DNA from: Tubulanus polymorphus
Taxonomy: Eukaryota; Animalia; Nemertea
Length of the DNA stretch: 64,000 bases
Direction of reading: 5' to 3'
NCBI RefSeq assembly: GCF_964204645.1
Contig: NC_134034.1
Span: forward strand, 3,985,814-4,049,813
Shown: piece after piece, positions 14,139-24,800 of the stretch
Position numbering within the stretch: the first letter of the stretch is position 1
Layout: each line of letters opens with the position of its first letter
Translations under genes and position numbers: made by a program
Notes under the pieces: model-generated
Database searches by the model: none
What the model was told of the DNA's origin: nothing
The model's input: only the letters and a program-made list of their open reading frames with translations

Positions 14139-14403
14139 TTTTGCGACAAGCCTACGTGAAAATAAATAATAGATAATAAACGATATCTTCTTGGAGAAAA
14201 GCAGTGAAATTCGAAAGTGAAATTGAGTTCTTTTTTTGTAGTCGAGACATATGTTAAATAATAGAAATTAAGTTTAGCCTATATCGGGTTAACATCCCGA
14301 TTCGAGCCATCAACTTTGGAATTAATGCGAAAACTCCTAGAACCCAACATTAGCGTGGACACCTTACGAAAAGCTCCTATTTCATGACACAGCTGGCTAC
14401 GGG

Positions 14404-15173
14404 CTACGATATTTAATGTTGAATGTTACGATCCTGATTCAGATGAATGGTAAGCATCGGGAGTCGGTTTAGATAGAATCAACGATTTATTTGAGACGAA
14501 ATTTCGGTACGTGAAACCGGACCCAGGCAGGGCTGACGGAGCCGGGCTAATAATTTTTTTGCCGATGATGATTTTTTTCTGACGGTTATTCAAAAACCTT
14601 AGCTAGGCCCGGTGCTCCCATCCCTGAAAACGTATTTATGATCGACTATGAAAAACAGTTGCTTCTGAAATATTATGATCCTTAACATTCGACTCAATCA
14701 ACCTGAATCATTACACCGGAAAACTATGATCTCAAATAGCCCCAGAGCCTTTGAAATGAAACCATTAACCATTAAGTTCTCCGGCGAAGACCCCGAACCC
14801 CTTGAAAAACGGACGCAGTCAGATATGAGCCGGGCCAAGGTCGAGTTGCTTCCACCGGCCCAGCCCAAATCACTTCGATGTCCATTTTACGTAAACGATG
14901 CCAGATTTAAGTAGTCCATAGGTCGATGAAACTCGGGCTGGATTTATCAGAGGGATAGCTTCTCATTAGCCCCCGATTTTATCCATCTTCTGGAGCAGCA
15001 CTGTATTTTGTAAGCGTTTCTTATATTGATATTTCAGGTACGACGCAACTGATATGACAATATTCCGGTCGGCGCTCAGCGCATGCGTACTCAAAGACAT
15101 CCCGAACATTCGCGAATATTTGCATAAAAATCGAACAGGAGAAATAAAACGTCGCGAACTGCGCAAACAATAA
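14404..15173 (+). pseudogene. Orphan duplicate of the KLHL10 3' end (truncated penultimate exon, intron, complete last exon 15038-15173)
   Basis: Matches 3882-4389. The last exon differs by one synonymous base (GGC/GGA); the penultimate exon lacks its acceptor and 5' half. Confidence 0.88.
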
Positions 15174-16153
15174 AATAAAATCTAGCACAATTTAGAGATA
15201 ATAGTTTTTATTTTCATAAATAAAAATGTAATTTTCTATAAACATCCAAAACAGCCAATCTAAGCTGGTTACATGGCCAATAATCATGTTTGTGTTGATG
15301 ATACATTTGTTTATAGCGCTTTACTATAACATAATCATGGCGCTTAACTGTAACAAGTTATAATGATAAATAAAACTGCAAAACAGCATAACGGGTTTTC
15401 TGTGCAGCTGCCTCATGAGTATTCGCAATGAGAAAAATCATAGAAAATTATTTAGTTGCGCCTGATGGACAACTGCCATATCTTCGACTATGATAAGTCC
15501 GGATTGCTAAACAGTCGCGTCTTATCTCCAAAGGTACATAGTTTACTACCATCCACCGGTTCTAAATCAATAGGGTCATTTCCTGTCTCTGATGTCATTT
15601 ATGAAGATTGAAAATAATGTAGGGCCTAGTACAGAGCCTTGAGGAACCCCACTTTATACATCGGACCTGAAAATTGATCTTATATCTAATCTTAACTTTT
15701 AGCTCGAATACGTATACCCGCTGCGTAATATTCTTATCAAACGTCGATGTCAAGTGTCTTTTAAAAGTCAAGGTAAATTGAGTCCTAGTTTTCTTTTCTG
15801 TAGAGTATTTCAGTCCATTTCTCTTAACACGTCGATAGTTTACGATACGTAACGAAACCATGTCCGACTATAGATCCTCGGCTGGTATTTAAACTCGGTG
15901 GCAACATGTAACAGACTAACCATCTGATAATCTGATATGATTTTTTGGAAGCTAGACGTTGGCGTTGTCAGGGCTAGGCATTGAAGTGTGAATATGACAA
16001 ATACCACGGTAGACAAATTTGCGAAGATTTCAGATGTTACATTAGGTACTAGGCCTATTTACGATTCATTTCAGTAGCAAAGCATCATAAAGATTTCACT
16101 ATTTCACTATTTGTTGTCAGTTACATAGTTTGTAGTTCAACTTGTCCAGCGAA

Positions 16154-17251
16154 ATGTCATATCAGTTTCGCGATGAGCTTCTGACTATTGGGTTGAATGC
16201 GTGGCACCGTCGCTACACAACGAGCGTGATGGGTGAACTGGTTAACTCATCGACAGAAGTGTACTGTCCACCGATAAGAGCTAGTTATAAATTCGTTCAC
16301 TTCATGTACGTCTGCGGAATAGGAATGATTTGCTTATTCGGCATCGTCGGCAATCTTCTTAATTTGATCGTGTTCAGTCTTGATAAACATGATTTGCTGT
16401 CGATCAAGATCCTGAGAGTTCTGGCGTGTTGCGATATGGCGTTTCTAATCGTGTGTTTCGTGTACTTTTTTGTCAGGCATATGCTGTTTCGGCTCCAATT
16501 CGGGGATTTGATATTTAGGTATGATGACTTAAAGATCGGCGCACAAATAGCATATCACTCTGTCGTATTTTATTACATCATGCAACAAACCAGAAACTGG
16601 ATAACCGCTTTCATTTCCGTGATACGTTTTCTGAATATTAAATTCCCGTTCTGGTCCAGACGAGTTTTGACGTGGCGATTTAGCAAATACAATATCGTTT
16701 TCATGTTTATGATTTCTGTCGGATGTAACGTCCCACGTTATGTGCTCAGGAATATCGAATACGAGGTTCTCCGCGATTGCGCATTCAATGAAGTAACACC
16801 GGTGTTAGTAAAGGTCGCTCCAGTTGTATTCACGCATTACGATGTGACGATCTATTTCGGATTCTTAGTCGGGTTTCCGATGCTTATTCTCTACGCTACT
16901 AATCTCGGTTTGCTCGGCTCAGTTTATTCCGCTCGTTCGCGGCGTTCGGAGTTTCTAGCAAGCTCTCCGCCGCATAAAGTCAGCCGCAGCGAACGACAAG
17001 CCGATAAAATGGTGACGGCAATTTTACTGATTTTTACTATTTGTGAAACGCCCGCTTGCGTCGACCGAGTTGCAGATATAGCAGGTTTTAAATTCAAATC
17101 GGACGATTTCAAACAATACACGCGAAAAACTGGACTCCTTTTGGTTGTTCTCGATTCGGCCTTGAATTTCCTCGTTTATTTATCGATGAATTCTAAATTC
17201 AGACTCAATCTGAAAACGCTTTTTCAACACTTTACAAACAGGCAGAAATAG
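16154..17251 (+). CDS. Intronless class A GPCR, FMRFamide/peptide-receptor-like orphan
   Basis: Seven hydrophobic segments: GIVGNLLNLIVF (TM1), LACCD (TM2), SVIRF at the DRY position followed by IKFP, CNVPRY (TM4), FTICETP (TM6), DSALNFLVY (TM7). First ATG 16154, alternative ATG 16229. Confidence 0.9.
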   Translation: MSYQFRDELLTIGLNAWHRRYTTSVMGELVNSSTEVYCPPIRASYKFVHFMYVCGIGMICLFGIVGNLLNLIVFSLDKHDLLSIKILRVLACCDMAFLIVCFVYFFVRHMLFRLQFGDLIFRYDDLKIGAQIAYHSVVFYYIMQQTRNWITAFISVIRFLNIKFPFWSRRVLTWRFSKYNIVFMFMISVGCNVPRYVLRNIEYEVLRDCAFNEVTPVLVKVAPVVFTHYDVTIYFGFLVGFPMLILYATNLGLLGSVYSARSRRSEFLASSPPHKVSRSERQADKMVTAILLIFTICETPACVDRVADIAGFKFKSDDFKQYTRKTGLLLVVLDSALNFLVYLSMNSKFRLNLKTLFQHFTNRQK

Positions 17252-17934
17252 ATTAGATTTGCGGGGAATGAAAATAATATCGAATCTTGTAAAATAAACA
17301 CTCTAAAACGTGGTGAACGGATAATAAGATAAAAGATGTGCTCAGGGTGAGATCGAAACGTCGTGTATTTTATGTTTTAGATTTTTTTGAATACATAAAT
17401 TCTTGATTTTAAAATTCTTTTAATTTTTACATAGTGGGTTTTTTAATAGGTGGGTTTTTTAATAGGGCTCATTATATAATCATGATAATAAATAGAATAT
17501 ATTTTTGAGAATGTATTTTGAGCGTCGGAGGGAATATTAACTGGTTGAAAACGAATTGCTTGGAAGTCGTAGATTTTGCCAGAATTTTTCACGCAGTTGC
17601 TAGTTAACTTGCTTGTTAAGTTAGATGTTGTCCAGTCATGCATCCAATCACCAAGTGAACCAGGCGCCCAGTCACCCAGTATACCATGCATACAGTCTGT
17701 CTGGATTTCAAAGTTGGCCCATCAGAGTTGTTAAGACTTGTACTACGATATGGTATTACACCATCCCCGTTCGATTTTTGGCGAAGGTAACGAGTGATTC
17801 CTATTTCTATTTGGTCATTGAACTGCTTTCCTCAATAACCAATCAAAAGGCAAGCTAGATATTTTTTGTTTCTCACGACATAGTAGTAGTATTTTATTAT
17901 TTGTTTTCTGTATACAAATAAACGTTACATTTAC

Positions 17935-18950
17935 TTACTCTACCAAACCAAGAAGTTCATCAAAAAATCGTTTAAAGGGACTTTTCTTCTTGGGTGCCTT
18001 TTTGTAGGCCGGTTTCCTGGCGGGCTTTTTCGCCATGGATGCAGGCTTCTTGGCCATTTTAGAGGTAGGCTTCTTGGCAGCTGGCTTCTTGGCCTTTTTG
18101 GAGGCAGGCTTCTTGGCAGCTGGCTTCTTGGCCTTTTTGGAGGCAGGTTTCTTGGCGGCCGCAGCAGGCTTTTTGGCGAGACGCTCATAGGTTACAGGCT
18201 TCTGGGAAATCTTAAAGGCTCCTGATGCTCCGACACCTTTTGTATGTACCAACAAACCTCTAGTGACCATTTTCGTTAAAGCTTGCTTGATTTGTGTGGA
18301 CGCATTTTCTCCAACTTTGTAATGTGCCTCGATGTATTTTGAAATCGCTTGTCGGGACGAACCTACGAAAGGAAATATCAATAATTACGATTGATGACAT
18401 TTCAGAATAGACTGGTGTGCGCAACAACTCCAGATTTCGACTAGAAGATTCGATTTATAAACAACTACAGTTTTTAAAGATTTTATGAAAGATGCAATAC
18501 AAGTCACGTAACCTCGATTCACAGGTTAAGAGCCACGATTCGCCAAATTATTCATCGGTAATGAGTTAAATGAAAATTGATTGAAAATCTCAACTATATC
18601 TTTGATTGGATTGGCTTATCGTATTGTCGTGCACCCCATTTGCCGGGATGAAGTAAGACGGGCAGTCGCCAAAACGTCAAATATGCACTTCAAATATGCA
18701 CTAGAAGCAACTGGTAAACCAAATTTCATCGGTCACTATAATTTACGGCTATTCTATTTTTCATCAACGAAATCGTAGGAACAGATTATTTACCGTTTCT
18801 TTCTTTCAACGCGGTAATGGCGGCGGTGATCATTTCTGAGTATTTCGGGTGATCCGCGGGTTTCTTCGGGGCCGCTTTCTTGGCGGCACTGTGAACGCCA
18901 ACGACGAGTACCATCACGGCCAATGCCACGACGACTTGAAACTTAACCAT
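17935..18950 (-). CDS. Linker histone H1/H5-family protein with N-terminal signal peptide, 194 aa; coding exons 18950-18794 and 18362-17935
   Basis: Phase-1 GT-AG intron (AAC G|gtaaat..ttcgtag|GT TCG) reconstitutes the H15 globular domain [20 protein letters not shown]|[37 protein letters not shown], followed by a K/A/P-rich tail. N-terminus is [27 protein letters not shown] on the minus strand at 17898-17893. Confidence 0.9.
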
Positions 18951-19290
18951 TTTTCCGACAAGCCTATGTGAAAATAAATAATTAACAGATAATAAACGAT
19001 TTCTTCTTGGAGAAAAGCAGTGAAATTCGAAAGTGAAATTAAGTTCTTTTCTTGTAGTCGAGACATATGTTAAATAATAGAAATTAAGTTTAGCCTATAT
19101 CGGGTTAACATCCCGATTCGAGCCATCAACTTTGGAATTAATGCGAAAACTCCTAGAACCCAACATTAGCGTCGACACCGGACGAAAAGCTCCACTTTCA
19201 AGACGCGGCTGGCTACGGGCTGCACAGCCGTCCAATTAGTATTACGTGTTTTACAGAATTAAGTTTAAATCGAAGATTTTTCATACCTAC

Positions 19291-19440
19291 CTTGAATATA
19301 TTGACGTATAGAGAAATTGCCCCTTGTTTGCGGAGTTCAGTACGGCACTTGTGGCAGACGCGAATCCCGAACTCGACTGTCGATAAATCAGGAATTCTCA
19401 GCTATTATGAGCCCCGAACGCGACCGGACTCGTTTAAATA
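19291..19440 (-). promoter_or_regulatory. Putative core promoter and non-coding first exon of the H1 gene
   Basis: Minus strand: TATTTAAA (19440-19433), Inr-like TCATAA 30 nt downstream (19410-19405), donor CAAG|gtaggt at 19291/19290, acceptor ttttcacatag| 13 nt before the ATG (exon starts 18963). Confidence 0.5.
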
Positions 19441-21036
19441 TCAATTCGAAGTCCGATCCGTCACGGTTTGAATATATCTGAATTCGTATGAAATCTGAAA
19501 TTTCTATTGTGATTTCCGTTGAATGTCCGAATTGCGTAGAAACACGTTTATTATCTTGAATGCGCGCGTGAGTCATATCGAAGTCCAGTTCGTCGCGGTT
19601 CGAATGAACCGGAAAATATCTCCAATTGTGCGCGTCGTTATGTTGGTAGCGTTGCACGAATTTCAAAGAAAATCGTGTAGTATCTCGACGTTGCTGCTAC
19701 GGTTAACGGGTTTGTAAAAGGTCAATACGTGCGTACGATCACTACAGGTCACATGTACCTAGAGTGCATAAGAGGCTACACTGAAGAATAGACCAAAATA
19801 AGCAAACCCAGAAAACCTATATTGTACAGATCATCAAGGGGATATTAGCCCCGTAAAAGAATAAACGAATTTCATGGAGTTATTATCTTGACGTAAATTC
19901 AGTTTTGTCTAAATAGACATTTCAGATTTTTACGTCCATAGTTTTCATCTCAACATAGAAAAAAAGAAGTAATTTTGTATATCAAAATGATGTTCATATT
20001 TCATGTAGGACTTTTAAATACATAATCGTTTACTCTTAAATTCACTGGTTCTCCGAGGACAGTAGGTCTAATTCAAAATCGATTTATATCGATTTACTAT
20101 CTTGACATTCGTAGAATAACTTTTAAAAGTTTTTCTTAGTTATTAGCTAGATCTTGGATATTAGCCTACGTACTGACGTTTCCGTAGCTACGATCCACCT
20201 GATAACTAAGAGAAGCGAACATTCTAGTATCAAGCAACGAAAAGCACATTATAAAGGACCCGATCCGAGGGATCAGAGAATCTGTTCGATTATCTTTTCA
20301 CGTGGTATTATGATTGTTGGTTTATGACAATCATAAGCAATCTATTCGTTAGTCGATAAAATGCTCGTTTTTGTTTTTTGTTTGTTATAAATCAGTGGTA
20401 TGGCCTCCTTGACAGATTCGAAGACAGTACAAAAGGAATTCATGAAGTTATTTTATAACAGATTTCAACGGGTTTTAGGAATAAAACACAAAAAATCAAT
20501 ATTAGATCAGTTTTGGATATCATTCAGTGGCATTACAAGCTTACTTATGTTTTAGAACTTTTTTTTGAAAAAATATGGATGGATATCTTCGAAACGTAAG
20601 ATAGTTGATTGTCAATGGATTGTTCTAAACCCTTTCGCGCAGTCATTGCTTAAGTTCAGAACTGGTCTAAGACCATGGTTCTAGTCGATCCAATCTGGCA
20701 GTCTAAGCCGATCTAGTCGATCTGATAATTTGAGACTGGTTTGCCGGCTGATGTGCAAGGGTCACATTATTTCTATAACAAACCGCATTAAGCCAGTCGC
20801 AGAGTCATGGCTTGAGTTAAGACCATTTTAAGCTGGTAGTTCTAGTCGATCCGACAATTCAAGGCTGTCTTACCGGCTGATGTGCAACAAAGGCCATGGA
20901 CCTAACCGAAGTTTAGTACCTTGACGCACACGATATCATTGGTTCGATATAACAAACCGAATTTGGGCACAGGACGATGCAACCGAGTCTAGTGTACATG
21001 CGCATTATGAGAATAAGGCAGACTATATAAATACAA

Positions 21037-21422
21037 GACCCAGTTCCACAGTTGTTAGTTAGAGTTAACTCTGGGTTAAAGTTAGTTCATTTTCAATGAG
21101 TTAAATCTAAGTCAAATCTCAGAACTGTGGAACTGGACCCAGGTTTGGACAAAATGGAATCGGTTAAAATGGTCCGAGGTAAAAAGCGAATTCCAAGTTA
21201 AGGATCAGAAAAATATGTTAGGAAATCGAAAAGTGTTTTCTTTTTTGTTCGGTATTAGTAAAAATGTCCGAGTCTGCGATAAAGGCGAGTAAGGCTAACT
21301 GTTTAGCTCTACTGAATCCGGTTCTACAGTTGTGAGTTAGAGTTAACTCCGAGTTATAATAAGTTCATTTTCAATGAGTTAACTCTGAGTCAAATCTGAA
21401 CTCACAACTGTGGAACCTGCTC
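21037..21422. mobile_element. Two ~105-bp Harbinger-type MITEs (21037-21139, 21315-21422)
   Basis: TIRs ccagttccacagt..actgtggaactgg with internal gagttaactc palindromes; same family as 13748-13858. Confidence 0.65.
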
Positions 21423-21822
21423 CTGTTGTACAGAATAGTATCGGAAATTAGATATTTTTTCTCAAATAAACCAAGATAGATAATGTTCTCTGTGAATGTT
21501 AGTTTTGCGATAATAGTTATCTCTCACTCGAGTTAGACGTATTTACAATGATACATATAAAGCCTAAACGGAAGGTGTTTTATTTCGCCGGACGGATATT
21601 TTCGCGCGAGAAGGCCTTTCTAAACAATTTTTCGTGTAGTTAGCGTTCGGTACGCGAGCTAAAGCAACGAAAATATCCCCGTACGTCGAGTTTTCTATCT
21701 CTTTTTTGTAATATAGAAATTCAAATGTAGCTTGAGGTAATTAGCAGCCATATTGTTCGTTGGTGTTAAAACGTTTCGATGAAACCTCAATCTATCACTA
21801 GTATTCTATACCAGCCGTCGTG

Positions 21823-24800
21823 ATGGTTGCACTTCAATTGCGGACCGCTCTGCTCGTTATATTTTTCGTATCTTTCACCGAGGTAAACATCTTCGAACCT
21901 GTTCATATTTTCATTATACGTATTTCCGAGACTGTATTTCATAACTTTTATCCGTAAAAAGATTTACTTCGTGTCATAGAATACTAGGTTTTACCAGTTA
22001 ACCATTGACGACTCGGGATTAGTTATTCTCGGAAAAGACGACTCGCTCCTTTTTGAGGCGCAGTGGCCGAGTGGTTTAAGCCGCCGGTCACTGGTCTCGT
22101 CAATCCAGGGTTCATGGGTTCAAACCCTGGTGGCGACAGAGTTTCTTGGTCGAAGGTTCTTCTCTGGTCTCTCCCATATTGGGAAAAGCGTGGCGCTTAC
22201 CGGGTTGAGGGTGTGAAAAAACAACTCATTTTTGACGACTAATATTATGATTGATAGCTCTTGACGACCCTCCAGTTCATTGTAAGGCAATATAATAAGT
22301 AATATCAAATAAACTGTGCTACTTTGATACGTAGGAACATTCGTTAAGAACAGTCAATAGCGTTGTTCAACTTCACGAACTAAAGCTTTCTTACAAAGTT
22401 TACATTAGTATATCACAATATTCAAACTTGAATATTCTCAAGAAATATAATCCCCTTTATTCTATATTTCCAGGCAAATCCGATCAATATCGCTGGTAAG
22501 TATTCTAGAAAGCAACACAAATATTTTTTTCAAATCAATCAAATAAAAAAGGATCAAGTTTTGCATACGTCATTCCTTCGTCTGATTCAAGGTTCATGCT
22601 TCCTTCAATCGATGTTCTGCGATATACGCGCGCGCCATATAGTTTAAACCTCGAAATGAACTTAAAATAGGGCATAATTTTTCGACAAGAAAACTAATAT
22701 AGAAAAAGTCCATGGGGAATGGCAGACTTATCTATTGTAGGCCTTTAAACTTATTTATCTATTTAAATTAATTTTGGATATATTTATCACTGTGATCGTA
22801 ATGGTTCACACGTACGGATATAAAGGCCTCGAGCTTAACCATTTTCAATATAGGCCTTTTACGGTACTAGAATAAGTGCATTGTTGCAATGATGTCTGAA
22901 ACTAAACCTCATCTTCAGAGGAACAAAAACGTTTTTTTGTGCCTCTGAAGATGAGGTTTAGTTTCAACCTCGAAACTATAAAGAAATGAACTGTTTTTAC
23001 TGTGTTTATTCGTTAACTCTACACTGAGATTTACACCAGTTCACTGCAACCATCGGATATGCATGTAGAAAGTGAAATTGCCCAAATATACGTATAATAT
23101 AGATAGATCGAGAATTCCGCTATCATAATGAAAAATACCGAAATTGAAATTTCCCAAACATGTAAATCCGGCCCTATGCGCGAAAAAATGTTATATAAAT
23201 GCGTAATTCATATCGTAGCCTATTCATTTTATACAAACAGAAAACAGTAAATAATGTCTGGTCTAGTTATCTGATTATAGTGTCACGCAAATCAATTCAG
23301 GAATGATGATTGCATTTTATATATGTGTTACGTATGTAAGTAATATATGTATTCTGTAATAATACTCATATATAATCGCAAATGGTTTTAGATACGATAT
23401 TATTGAAATAGGATAAGAATGCCCTCCATTGGGTCCCAGAATCAGCGGATTCCCATGGGAATCCCGGGAATCGAAGATCATGACGCTTTATTTCAGTTCC
23501 ACTAAAAGCGGCCCAGTTGCTTCCGATAATTCATTCCCTGGCTGGTTCAACTCGGAATAGGTCAATATAGTTCCATCGTGATGGTGGGTTTTCTTAAATG
23601 GAGTGCATGGTTCGGCGATTTAAAATCGTCGGAATTGTCGACACTGTGTACAATCCTGATTGTCGACCGAATTAACTCGTCGACAATGTCTACAATCCTG
23701 ATTGTCGACCGAAATAGCCAAGAGTCTGCAACTGTTGACCAATCGTTTAAACTTAGTACACACGTCGAATGTTTTTCTCATAGAGAAGAGACAATCGCGG
23801 CCACTATTTTCCAAAGCATTCACCACAAATCCTGTAACTTCACATGTGGCGGTGAATCTCAGGCCGAGGGGGGGGGGGGTATTAGAGGCGTTTGTCTCGT
23901 TCTAGTTCAAATAGAAACAGGTGCCTTTTTGTCAACTAGAAGCTTGATGCCATTTTCTTGAGTCTGCCGACACGCGACTACCCAGGGCTTCTATAGCAAA
24001 TATATACTTACTGAGGAATACCCAGCTCGACTATCCACTTAATGTATAAGGCAAAATAGCTGGTGAACTTTTGACTGGCCCAGGTAACTTCGGTGCAAAT
24101 TAATATCACTGACCAAAATTATTCGACTATATACCGTACTAGGAGCTTTTATTTTTTTCCTGGTTCCAGAGATAAATCAATAACTCTTTTATTACACACA
24201 ATTTACACACAATTTAGAGGTCACTTTAACATTATCTAGATACGTCAGACTAACTGGCTTGATGATCACAAAACGACACTTACCTTTGGCTACCGAGACT
24301 TGTTACTGCGAATGCATCTCCGGTTAGACCACCGAGAGAATGTTAACCCCGAATAACAACATCTGTTTCCCATAGATTGGAATCGCTAGAGCCTTATATT
24401 TCGAATAGTTATCCCATGACTAACCCAGTTCAATTTCATCCAGTATTGTTTTAATCGTTAGTTATGGTTTTGATATCAACAATTTTGAGTCTGATAAATG
24501 GGAAACTAACGTATTCTCAAAACCGTTCATATACGATATCATTATCCGTCGGGAAATTATTGCCGATGAATTTAATAAACCAACTATGTTACTACTGCTT
24601 TTGAACAATCTTTACTTAAATGATTAAACTTTAAAAAAGATGAAACAATTTTTTCCAAATAATTCGGTCGCATGACACAGCTCTTCGTCGAGAAAATTTC
24701 GTACGGACGAATCTATCACAGAGTTCGAATGGACTTAAATATCGTATATATTTTAATTGGAACATATTGTTTACTCTTAGAAGGGAAGGTCGACGATGAA

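Larger units (their letters stand above)
3882..19221. repeat. Tandem segmental duplication: copy 1 3882-14405, copy 2 14404-19221
   Basis: Collinear shared blocks (KLHL10 last exons, GPCR, H1 exons and introns). Junction ggctacggg-CT-acgatattt at 14404-14405 fuses the sequence ending at 19221 to the sequence beginning at 3882. Confidence 0.92.

Noticed and set aside
17880-17934. Replication-dependent histone stem-loop 3' end
   Set aside because: No canonical stem-loop seen; the gene has introns and an AATAAA instead.
18363-18381. ORF-track start MIFPFV for histone H1 (also 13253-13271)
   Set aside because: Non-ATG start inside the polypyrimidine tract; the protein would lack helix 1, which the upstream exon supplies.
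22055-22140. tRNA gene
   Set aside because: A and B boxes are present but there is no proper cloverleaf, and homology to 39975-40180 extends well beyond the head, so it is a SINE.
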